Assembly: GCA_036012755.1 (NCBI GenBank)
Contig: DASCPX010000164.1
Span: 1 to 35,179, forward strand
Reading direction: 5' to 3'
DNA length: 35,179 nucleotides
DNA from: Myxococcota bacterium
GTDB lineage: Bacteria > Myxococcota_A > UBA796 > CAJQPC01
The notes beneath the pieces are model-generated. The model made no database searches. It worked only from the letters and a program-made list of their open reading frames with translations, and had not been told where the DNA came from. Position 1 is the stretch's first letter. Each line of letters starts with the position of its first letter. Below are positions 8,413-16,529 of the stretch, piece after piece. The translations under genes were made by a program, and so were the position numbers.

Positions 8413-9423
8413 CTAGAACCGGAACTCGAGGTCGGCCGAGTAGGTGATGCCGCGGGTGGGATGGAGGTCCTCGATGGGGAAGAACATGAGGTCCTCTCCG
8501 CGAAGCGGGACGTGGGTCTTCAGGACGACGTCGATGTTCCTCGTCGCGCCGATGGTGGCCCCGGCGTCGACACCTGCCGACCAGCCGTCGCTGCCCTCGA
8601 CCGGCTCGAGGTTCTGGTTCGGGAAGATGCCGGGCGAGGTCGTCCCAATGCGGACTTCGTCGTGGGTCTCGACCCAGCCGCCACCCTGCAGCGCGACCGG
8701 TCCGAGCTGGAGGATCGCGCCGAAGTTCGCGTCGACGATGAAGCCCGGCTGGATCCGCGCGTTGAACTGGTTGCTCTCGGTCTCGATGAGGTAGCTGACG
8801 AGACCGCTGAAGCGGTAGGTGTAGTGCACGCCGCCCTGCAGGCCGATGATGCCGAGCTGGCGCCTGGCGTCGAGGCCGACGAGAGCGTCGGTCGTGCCCG
8901 TGGTGGTGACGAAGGAGGAGTAGGTGCCAGGGCCCGCGATGTAGCTCCCCGGGGTCTCGTTGCCTGCTGGGGCCTTGATCTCGATTCGGGTCACGACAGA
9001 GGTCAGCGGCGCGTCGGTGCGGAAGGCCTCGAAGAGGTACCCGAAGCGCGGGTCACCGAGGAAGAGGCCGGAGGTGTCGGTGCCGAGCCTCTCGTTCGTC
9101 AGGCGCAGGTAGTGCATCGGCATCGACCAGTAGATCTCGCCCCGTCGGACGACGCCGTAGCGCACGTTCAGGGACTCGGTCGTGTAGAGCCAGACCGCGT
9201 CGTCGAAGTCCTCTGCCGCGCCGTCCGGGCCCCAGTAGCCCTTGGACTGCTTGACGTCGGCTCCGATGCCGATCTCCAGCCATCCCTTGCCGATGATGAG
9301 CGGGCGCTCGACCTCGCGCGCGGACAGGGGCGCCCGCATCGTCTTTGCTTCCCACGCTTCGGCGAAGGCCTCGGCAGGCAGGAGCAGGGTCGCCAGCAGC
9401 GCCGCTGGCAGGAGCTTCCTCAT
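8413..9423 (-). CDS. Putative outer membrane beta-barrel channel, COG4313/'transporter'-like (336 aa)
   Basis: Signal MRKLLPAALLATLLLPAEAFA. Alternating beta-strand pattern. GD...PAG...TGTTD pattern resembling COG4313 barrels. C-terminal beta-signal YSADLEFRF. Confidence 0.68.
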   Translation of the reverse strand: MRKLLPAALLATLLLPAEAFAEAWEAKTMRAPLSAREVERPLIIGKGWLEIGIGADVKQSKGYWGPDGAAEDFDDAVWLYTTESLNVRYGVVRRGEIYWSMPMHYLRLTNERLGTDTSGLFLGDPRFGYLFEAFRTDAPLTSVVTRIEIKAPAGNETPGSYIAGPGTYSSFVTTTGTTDALVGLDARRQLGIIGLQGGVHYTYRFSGLVSYLIETESNQFNARIQPGFIVDANFGAILQLGPVALQGGGWVETHDEVRIGTTSPGIFPNQNLEPVEGSDGWSAGVDAGATIGATRNIDVVLKTHVPLRGEDLMFFPIEDLHPTRGITYSADLEFRF

Positions 9424-9526
9424 GATGGGCACCCATTGCGTGTCAGAGAAGAGGGGCGAAATAGCCGCCTCGTTAACCCACACCGGCGGACGGCGCGAGC
9501 CACCCATGACCCCCTCCCGGCCATTG

Positions 9527-9545
9527 CCCGAGGTCGATCCTCGGG
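9527..9545. promoter_or_regulatory. Perfect 7-bp inverted repeat, candidate operator in the divergent intergenic region
   Basis: CCCGAGG-TCGAT-CCTCGGG between the divergent starts at 9423 and 9578. Confidence 0.35.
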
Positions 9546-9577
9546 ATACCCGCCGCGCTTCCCTGGAGGCGCGCCCC

Positions 9578-11230
9578 GTGAAGGCAAGCACGCTGTCGCT
9601 GTCGCTCTTCGGGCTCGCCGGATGCACTTCGCTGATCCCCACGGAGTCCACCTGGGACGTGCCCGCCCTGTCCGGTCAGGACGTGCGCCTGACCATCATC
9701 CACACCTCGGACATCCACTCCCGGCTCTTGCCCTACCAGTTCGACCCGAGCTTCACGGACAACGGCCTCGGGCTGTCCGACGGAGCAGGCGACTACGGCG
9801 GCCTCGCGCGCATGGCCTACGTGATCAAGCGGGAGCGACAGAACGCCGGTCGGAGCCTCCACCTGGACTCGGGCGACTGCTTCCAGGGCGCCATCATCTT
9901 CAACGAGTACCAGGGCGAAGCGGAGGTGCGCGGCATGACCGCCACCGGCCTCGACGCCGCGGTCATCGCGAACCACGAGTTCGACTCCGGCGCCCACAAC
10001 CTCTTCGCCCAGATCGTCGGCCACGGGGGCTACGATCTGCTCGCCGCGAACTACGACTTCGAGTCGTCGACGCTGCCCTGGTCCAACGAGCTCGAGCGCG
10101 TCGCGCTGCCCAGCAAGATCTACGAGCTCGACGGCCTGAGGGTGGGCGTGATCGGCCTCGGCAACCTCTCCTCGCTGAACTCGATCCACGACGAGGACAA
10201 CAGCCTCGGCATCACCGTCCGGGACGAGTACGAGGTCGTGCCCCAGGAGGCGGCGCTCCTGCGTGCCCAGGGCGCGGACATCGTGCTGACCCTCTCTCAC
10301 ATGGGCCTCGACGACGACCTCGAGATGGCCGCAGAGGTCAGCGACATCGACCTCGTGATCGGCGGACATCACCACGTCGCCATCGACCCGCCGCTGGTGG
10401 TCACCAACCGTCACACGGGGAAGCGAATCCCGGTCGTGCACTCGGGGGCCTTCGCGAAGTTCATCGGTCGGCTGGACCTCGTCGTACGTGACGGTCAGCT
10501 GATGTCCCACGACTACACGCTGTTCCCGATCAGCTCGGAGACCGTCAGCGGCGAGGATCCAGAGGTCCACGAGATCCTGCTCGAGTACCAGGACGACCTC
10601 GACCAGCGCTATCGCCTCGACCAGGTCATCGGCGTCGCGACCCAGCGTCTCACCCGCTACGGCACCACCGGCGGTGACTCGATGCTCGGCAACTGTTCTG
10701 CCGAAGCGATGCGCAGCTACCCGGGGGTCGAGACCGAGATCGCCGTCACCAACACCCTCGGCATCCGCTCGGACATCGGCGCGACCCTCGAGGAAGGCGA
10801 GACCTGGGACATCACGGTCGACGACCTCTTCAACTCGATGCCCTTCGACAACACCATCACCACCATGTTCCTGTCCGGGCGAGAGGTGCAAGAGCTGCTC
10901 GACTACGTGGCGTGGCGGTCCAGTGAGCGCGGCTGCAACAGCCAGGCGCAGGTCGCCGGCATCCGCTTCACGATGAACTGCAGGGACCGCATCGCGGAAG
11001 ACATCTTCATCAACGGCGTGCCGCTCGACCCCAACGGGACCTACGAGCTCGCGACCAACAACTACATCGCGCACGGCGGCTCGGGCTTCTCGATGCTGGA
11101 GCGCAACACGACCCAGTTCGACACGGGCGTGTCCATCCGTGACGTCGTCAAGGCCTACTTCATCGACCAGTACGAGCTCCCCGGAGACTCGGCCTGCGTC
11201 GAGGACGGCCGCATCCTCCCGGTGTTCTGA
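9578..11230 (+). CDS. Lipoprotein bifunctional metallophosphatase / 5'-nucleotidase, UshA-like (550 aa)
   Basis: GTG 9578 with GGAGG RBS at 9565-9569. Lipobox LAGC. Calcineurin-like motifs HTSDIH, DSGD, ANHEFD, LSHMG, GGHHH. C-terminal 5'-nucleotidase domain (NTLGIR, MPFDN, ATNNYIAHGGSGF). Confidence 0.92.
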   Translation: MKASTLSLSLFGLAGCTSLIPTESTWDVPALSGQDVRLTIIHTSDIHSRLLPYQFDPSFTDNGLGLSDGAGDYGGLARMAYVIKRERQNAGRSLHLDSGDCFQGAIIFNEYQGEAEVRGMTATGLDAAVIANHEFDSGAHNLFAQIVGHGGYDLLAANYDFESSTLPWSNELERVALPSKIYELDGLRVGVIGLGNLSSLNSIHDEDNSLGITVRDEYEVVPQEAALLRAQGADIVLTLSHMGLDDDLEMAAEVSDIDLVIGGHHHVAIDPPLVVTNRHTGKRIPVVHSGAFAKFIGRLDLVVRDGQLMSHDYTLFPISSETVSGEDPEVHEILLEYQDDLDQRYRLDQVIGVATQRLTRYGTTGGDSMLGNCSAEAMRSYPGVETEIAVTNTLGIRSDIGATLEEGETWDITVDDLFNSMPFDNTITTMFLSGREVQELLDYVAWRSSERGCNSQAQVAGIRFTMNCRDRIAEDIFINGVPLDPNGTYELATNNYIAHGGSGFSMLERNTTQFDTGVSIRDVVKAYFIDQYELPGDSACVEDGRILPVF

Positions 11231-12351
11231 TGCTGCTGCTGTTCTCCTGCGCCCAGACCGTGCCGACCGACCGGGTCGAGCCGACCTTCATCTACGTGAC
11301 CGTGCTCGCCGAGGATCTCGGCACTGCCGAGAGCCCCCTGCCCTTCAGCAGCGAGACCGCGCTGTTGCCGGTGCGGGTGGAGACCCTGGACGTCGACGGC
11401 GACCCCTACCCACACACGGGCGACCTGGTGGTCAAGGTCCGGCCTGGCAGGCTCGACCAGGCCCAGTGGGTGACGGTGACCGATGGCGTCTACGAGGGGG
11501 AGATCGCCTTCGGCAACGGCTTCGCGTCGACCCGGGTCTGGTTCTCGGACGAGGGGGACAAGGACGCCGAGAGCCAGAGGCAGCCGAGCTTCGCGACCGG
11601 TGTCTCGGACCCGCCGCTCTGGTACGCCCTGCCGACGCTCTCGGAGATCAACACCATCGACGACGTCGAGTCGAACCAGCTCGAGGGCGAGTTCACGGAG
11701 GTCAGGGCCATCGACCGCGAGGTCCGGGTCACGGCGGTCGGCACCAACGGCTTCTGGATCACCGACACGGCCGATGACGTCGGCAGCTACAACAACCTCT
11801 TCGTCTACACCTTCAGTCGCCCCCGGGACGAGGTCGTCCTGGGCGCTCGCCTCACGCTGTTGACCGGGGCGAACCAGGAATACCTCGGCACCACCCAGCT
11901 CTCCTTCCCGACCTACGAGGTCGCGGACGAGGAGACCGGCGAGGTGCCCGATCCGGCCACCCTGTCGGCGTCGGACTGTGCGGACCTCGCCGTGCTGGAG
12001 GGTCACGAGTCCTCCGTCGTGCGCTTCGAGGACCTTCAGGTTCCCTCCACCTTCGGTCCCGGCGACGGCGACTACGAAGACTGGGTCGAATACGGCCAGT
12101 GGCCGGTCGGCGACTGTCTCTATGTCGACAACAGCGTCACCATCCCGGACTTCGTCCCCCAGGCGGGCCAGGACATCGCATACGTCCAGGGCATGTTGAA
12201 CCAGGTCTTCGACAAGTGGATCGTGCTGCCGCGCGAGGCCGACGACCTGGCCCCCGCAGCGGGCGGCCCCCCCTCTCCGCCACCACGGATGCCCCCGGCG
12301 CCTGGTGAGCTCCCCCATTCTCACGCTCCGAGTGAGCCATGCCTTCCCTGA
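11230..12351 (+). CDS. Lipoprotein with tandem OB-fold-like (ExeM/YhcR-type) putative nucleic-acid-binding domains and no catalytic domain (373 aa)
   Basis: TGATG overlap with the nucleotidase gene. N-terminus MLLLFSC. VTAV..GFWITD...LFVY...G....G...EYLGTTQL and LEGHESSVV...G.L...LPREADDL resemble OB modules of extracellular nucleases. Pro-rich tail. Confidence 0.65.
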   Translation: MLLLFSCAQTVPTDRVEPTFIYVTVLAEDLGTAESPLPFSSETALLPVRVETLDVDGDPYPHTGDLVVKVRPGRLDQAQWVTVTDGVYEGEIAFGNGFASTRVWFSDEGDKDAESQRQPSFATGVSDPPLWYALPTLSEINTIDDVESNQLEGEFTEVRAIDREVRVTAVGTNGFWITDTADDVGSYNNLFVYTFSRPRDEVVLGARLTLLTGANQEYLGTTQLSFPTYEVADEETGEVPDPATLSASDCADLAVLEGHESSVVRFEDLQVPSTFGPGDGDYEDWVEYGQWPVGDCLYVDNSVTIPDFVPQAGQDIAYVQGMLNQVFDKWIVLPREADDLAPAAGGPPSPPPRMPPAPGELPHSHAPSEPCLP

Positions 12352-13814
12352 TCCTCCTCGCGACTGCCCAGGCGGGCGACTTCATGGACGTCGCGGTCAC
12401 GACCGCCCTCGAAGACACGAACGTCCGCGCCGGACCCGAGTACTTCTCGCCCGGGCCCAACTTCGTCATGCGCGGAAACCAGACCTTCTTCGAGAACTAC
12501 GAGGGCCGGTACACCGACGACATCTCGCAGTCCCACCTCGTGCTCTACAAGCGCTCTGATGGCTTCCGGGAGGGCTGGTGGACCGAGGCCGCGATGGTCA
12601 TCCAGTTCACGCCGTATCTCGACCCGGACGGAAGTGAACCCGGCGTCGATCTGAGCGACGACGGCTCCTATGTGCGCATCGTGCGCGAGCTCGGGAGCGA
12701 GGACCACACCCTGTCGCTGACCGGCTACGCGGTAGACGCTGGGCGCTTCCGCCTCGGCTACTCCTACGATCTGTCCTACGGCGGTCGGGAGATGCTGACC
12801 CCGGCGGTGGGCGCCATGCCCGGCGCGCGGCTTCAGTGGCAGAAGGGGGGGCACTACGCCTTCCTCGGAGCGAAGACCGCGATCAACCAGGCGGTCGACG
12901 AGACCTGGGACGGCAACAGGAACGCCGCCTACAACAGCTTCCTCGCCGGAGGGGGCCTGACCTTCGCCGAGCGCGTCCGGGTCGAGGCGGGGCTGGGGTC
13001 ATTCCAACAGGGCCAGATGACGAACACCGGCTCGGCGGCGGACGCCAACTACGGTGCCCCGATCGTGGCCCTGGGGACGAGCGCCCAGGTCGCCTTCCGG
13101 ACGACGACCGAGTTGGACTTCATCCAGTCTGGTGAGCTGCGTCTGTATCGAAACAGCCCCGACTTCATGCGCGACACCTACATCAGTCACGACACGCTGG
13201 ACGGGGTCGGCGTGCTGGTGCAGGTGGAGGGCAACCGCCTCGTCCACAACCTGCTCGACGCGGACACCGTGGGCAACATCGTCAACGAGAGCGCCATCGC
13301 CGCCGACGTGCAGGCCCGGGTGGTCGTGTTCAAGACGACGCTCTACGGCGACCTCGTCTACAAGGACCTCCCCTACATCGTCTTCAACGTGCCGGGCCTG
13401 ACCTCGGGCACTTCGATCCCGTCTTCGCTGGACACGACGCCGCAGCTCTATTGGCGCTTCGGCCTCTCCCACTACTTCCCTGACGCACACGTCACGCCTG
13501 CCTTCGGCGTCGGCATGATGCAGCCGGCGACCTACACAGACTCGGAGACCGGGAAGATCTACGTGCAGTACACCGAGCGGGACAAGGAACAGGTCCCGGA
13601 CGAGTACGATCAGGCCTACAACATCCTCGGCTCGGTGCTGTCGGTCCAGTACGACATCAGCCCCTCTACCATCGCGGTGGGCGAGCTCCTCTACACCCTC
13701 GACAACAACCTCTCCCGCTCGGTCGAGCAGGACGGAGAGCTCGTCCGCACGCCGGAGCCCCAGGAGGTCCGCTCGGCCCTGGGCATCAACCTTGTACTTC
13801 GGGCGCAGTTCTGA
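12339..13814 (+). CDS. Putative outer membrane beta-barrel protein (491 aa)
   Basis: Short signal MPSLILLATAQA, many amphipathic aromatic-rich strands, C-terminal LGINLVLRAQF beta-signal. Overlaps the upstream gene by 13 nt. Confidence 0.7.
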   Translation: MPSLILLATAQAGDFMDVAVTTALEDTNVRAGPEYFSPGPNFVMRGNQTFFENYEGRYTDDISQSHLVLYKRSDGFREGWWTEAAMVIQFTPYLDPDGSEPGVDLSDDGSYVRIVRELGSEDHTLSLTGYAVDAGRFRLGYSYDLSYGGREMLTPAVGAMPGARLQWQKGGHYAFLGAKTAINQAVDETWDGNRNAAYNSFLAGGGLTFAERVRVEAGLGSFQQGQMTNTGSAADANYGAPIVALGTSAQVAFRTTTELDFIQSGELRLYRNSPDFMRDTYISHDTLDGVGVLVQVEGNRLVHNLLDADTVGNIVNESAIAADVQARVVVFKTTLYGDLVYKDLPYIVFNVPGLTSGTSIPSSLDTTPQLYWRFGLSHYFPDAHVTPAFGVGMMQPATYTDSETGKIYVQYTERDKEQVPDEYDQAYNILGSVLSVQYDISPSTIAVGELLYTLDNNLSRSVEQDGELVRTPEPQEVRSALGINLVLRAQF

Positions 13815-14659
13815 TGCTCGCGTTCCTCGTCTCGACAGCCATGGCCGCGGACGTGTCCCCCACCCTGGACGCTCGCCTGTCGGCGTCGTACTGGCGCCTG
13901 GGGTTCTCGGGGCAGGTCCGTCCGGGTGTCTCGCTCGGAATGCCCTGGGCCGAGCCGGGCAACGTGCTGACCGAGCCGGCCGCCCTGAAGCTCGAGGCGG
14001 ATGTGCAGGCGACGCCGGCCTACCTGCGCGCCGGCGGACGCTTGACGTTCTCCCCCCTGGCGGTGTTCGACATCACCCCGTACGCCTACTGGGACCGCTA
14101 CTACGGGAGCTTCCAGACCCTCGTGCTCTACGAGGACTGGGAAGCGGACTACGGGTCCAACGACGACATCGAAGAGGCTGCAGAGGGCGGCAATCGCTAT
14201 CCGGGGAGCGGCTTCCACTACGGCCTCAGCGGCACGCTCAAGGCCAAGGTGAAGAACGTCATCGTCGCGGTGAACGGGGATCTGTCCCGGTGGGACATCG
14301 ACGTCCACTCGATGACGACCGAGGTGAAGGACCCGTACTTCTTCGAGCGCGAGATGGAGGTGCTCATGCGCACCGGCGTCGAGGGCGGCGACACCCTGGC
14401 GCAGGCCAACGTCGTGCTGGTCTACGAGTGGGACTGGAACACCGACGACGGCGCGAAGCTGCGGATCGGGGACCTCACGACCTATCGAAAGACCTGGACC
14501 GGGGACGACACGCTGCTGCGCACAGGGCTGCTCGTGCAGGCCCTCACCTACGATGAGCGCATCACACACACACTCCTGGTGCAGCCCTACCTCGTCGACC
14601 GGGCCTACGACTCGGCGTTTCCGCCGATGGTGGCCTATCAGCTCAAGTACGCCCGGTAG
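13814..14659 (+). CDS. Secreted protein, probable small outer membrane beta-barrel (281 aa)
   Basis: TGATG overlap. Signal MLAFLVSTAMA. Alternating strand pattern (GGRLTFSP, YGLSGTLKAKV, VAYQLKY). Lacks a terminal aromatic residue, so the barrel call is less certain. Confidence 0.6.
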   Translation: MLAFLVSTAMAADVSPTLDARLSASYWRLGFSGQVRPGVSLGMPWAEPGNVLTEPAALKLEADVQATPAYLRAGGRLTFSPLAVFDITPYAYWDRYYGSFQTLVLYEDWEADYGSNDDIEEAAEGGNRYPGSGFHYGLSGTLKAKVKNVIVAVNGDLSRWDIDVHSMTTEVKDPYFFEREMEVLMRTGVEGGDTLAQANVVLVYEWDWNTDDGAKLRIGDLTTYRKTWTGDDTLLRTGLLVQALTYDERITHTLLVQPYLVDRAYDSAFPPMVAYQLKYAR

Positions 14660-15706
14660 CTATCTCCTGGTCCCGATGCCGCGGAAGCTCTCGGCGTTTC
14701 GCACGCGGCGACTGACGCGAATGTCGGCGAAGCCCGCGTCGGCGAAGCAGACCTCGACCTCTTCGCCCGGGAAGTAGTGCTGCACGGGGACGCGGAATCG
14801 ATCGTAGATGTCCGCGACAACGACCTCGAAAGGCCACCGGTGGTGGTCGTGCGCTGGGAGGTGGGAGAGCACGCTTCCGAGGACGGGCACGTGGCCGAGC
14901 AGGCGGTAGGGCGTGTGGCTGAAGAGCCGCAGACCGCTGGCGATCGCGTGGGAGAAGGCGTGGAGGGTCTCGTCCGTCATGTTGGCCGCCGCTCCGTGCA
15001 GCGCTCCAGAGACGATGGCGGGGGTGCCGGCCCTGGGGCCGTAGACCCAGACCTGGAGCTTGCCACCTCGCTTGACGACGCCCGCGAGCTGCCTGAAGGC
15101 ATCGTTCGGATAGCTCAGGTGGTGGAGGACCCCGTAGCTGTAGACGAGGTCGAAGTGGTCCCGGGGAAGGGGCGGCCTGAGCACATCGCCCTGGACGACG
15201 TGCACCCTGGAGAGCCCCGATGTGTTGCGTCGAGCTGAAGCGACCGCGTCATCCGAGTTGTCGAGCGCGACGACCTCGGCCCCATAGCGAGCTGCAAAGA
15301 AGGCGTGACGTCCAAAGCCGCACCCCGCGTCGAGCACGAGCTTCCCGGTGAAGTCGCTGCGCTCGAGCGGATGCGCCATGTCGGCGAAGTTCGCCTCGTA
15401 CTCCGGCAGGCTGCCATCGAACTCCGCCCAACGATGCCCGCTCGGACGACCCCCGGCGTAGTCCGTGGGGAGCATCCGCGGGATGCCCTCGCGGATGGCG
15501 TAGACCTGCCCGCAAGCGCAGTGAAGGGCGCCCTCGACGATGTCCGTGATCCGGCGCTCCTCGACGTGGACGCCCCGGTCGTCTCGTCCCTCTGACTCCC
15601 ACTGCCCATGCCAGGTCTGGAGCTCCTCGGCCTGCTGGGTCTCCAGCGTGAGGCCGCCGTCCCCGCAGGCCGGACAGGCGAGGTGCTCGAGGAGGCGATG
15701 CCGCAT
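14660..15706 (-). CDS. Trm112-like zinc domain fused to a class I SAM-dependent methyltransferase (348 aa)
   Basis: N-terminal LLEHLACPAC...LHCACGQVYAIREGIPRML. SAM motif VLDAGCGFGRH, plus FDLVYSYGVLHH. Confidence 0.85.
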   Translation of the reverse strand: MRHRLLEHLACPACGDGGLTLETQQAEELQTWHGQWESEGRDDRGVHVEERRITDIVEGALHCACGQVYAIREGIPRMLPTDYAGGRPSGHRWAEFDGSLPEYEANFADMAHPLERSDFTGKLVLDAGCGFGRHAFFAARYGAEVVALDNSDDAVASARRNTSGLSRVHVVQGDVLRPPLPRDHFDLVYSYGVLHHLSYPNDAFRQLAGVVKRGGKLQVWVYGPRAGTPAIVSGALHGAAANMTDETLHAFSHAIASGLRLFSHTPYRLLGHVPVLGSVLSHLPAHDHHRWPFEVVVADIYDRFRVPVQHYFPGEEVEVCFADAGFADIRVSRRVRNAESFRGIGTRR

Positions 15707-15740
15707 GCCAAAGGTGTATCGCGGAGATTAGAGACAGCCC

Positions 15741-16529
15741 ATGCGTCCCCTCTCCGAGCTCCCCACCGAGGACGCCCGTGCTCTCCGCGGGGTCTTCTGC
15801 GACATCGATGACACCTTGACCCACGCCGGGCGGCTCGTGCCCGACGCCTTCCTGGCGCTGGCTCGGCTCCAGGCGGCCGGACTCCGGGTCGTGCCGATCA
15901 CGGGTCGCCCCGGCGGCTGGGTCGACCACTTCGCTCGCATGTGGCCCGTGGACGGCGTGGTCGGCGAAAACGGTGGGCTCTGGTTCTTCCATCGTGACGG
16001 TAAGCTCCACCGCCGCTTCTCGCAGTCCCCCGAACAACGCGCCGCGAACCGCGCGCGCCTGGCTGCCCTCGGCGAGCACATCCTGCAGGAGGTCCCCGGC
16101 ACCGCCCTGGCCAGCGACCAGCCCTACCGCGACCTCGACCTGGCCATCGACTTCTGCGAGGACGTGCCTGCCCTCGGAGAGGCCGATGTCGATCGCATCG
16201 TCGCCTGCTTCGAGGAGGCAGGCGCCACCTGCAAGGTCAGCTCCATCCACGTGAACGGATGGTTCGGGACCTTCGACAAGCTCGAGGGCTGCCGGCACCT
16301 CCTGCGAGAGGTCTTCGACGAGGACCTCGACGAGGTCCGCTCCGCCTACGCGTTCTTCGGGGACTCGGCGAACGACGAGCCGATGTTCGGCTTCTTCCCC
16401 TTGAGCGTCGGCGTCGCCAACGTCCGCCACTTCCTGCATCGAATGCAGGCGCATCCGCGCTGGGTCACAGAAGGGGAAGGCGGCCACGGCTTCGCAGAGG
16501 GCATCGACGCCATCCTGGCGCGACGATGA
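15741..16529 (+). CDS. HAD-IIB family hydrolase/phosphatase (262 aa)
   Basis: Motif I DIDDT, motif II ITGR, ENG, and motif III/IV K...GDSANDEPMF. Confidence 0.9.
   Translation: MRPLSELPTEDARALRGVFCDIDDTLTHAGRLVPDAFLALARLQAAGLRVVPITGRPGGWVDHFARMWPVDGVVGENGGLWFFHRDGKLHRRFSQSPEQRAANRARLAALGEHILQEVPGTALASDQPYRDLDLAIDFCEDVPALGEADVDRIVACFEEAGATCKVSSIHVNGWFGTFDKLEGCRHLLREVFDEDLDEVRSAYAFFGDSANDEPMFGFFPLSVGVANVRHFLHRMQAHPRWVTEGEGGHGFAEGIDAILARR

Noticed and set aside
5447..8416. 989-aa plus-strand ORF and other long antisense ORFs (3231..5000, 9473..11074, 26423..27703, 27736..29082, 28950..30638, 33491..35128)
   Set aside because: Shadow ORFs opposite motif-bearing genes. They are expected from high GC3 codon bias and give V/D/G/R-rich translations with no family signature.
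3278..9651. ORF-track starts at 3451, 5249, 9651 and 9242
   Set aside because: They overlap neighbouring genes. Downstream starts have signal peptides and, for most, an RBS or coupling to the upstream stop.
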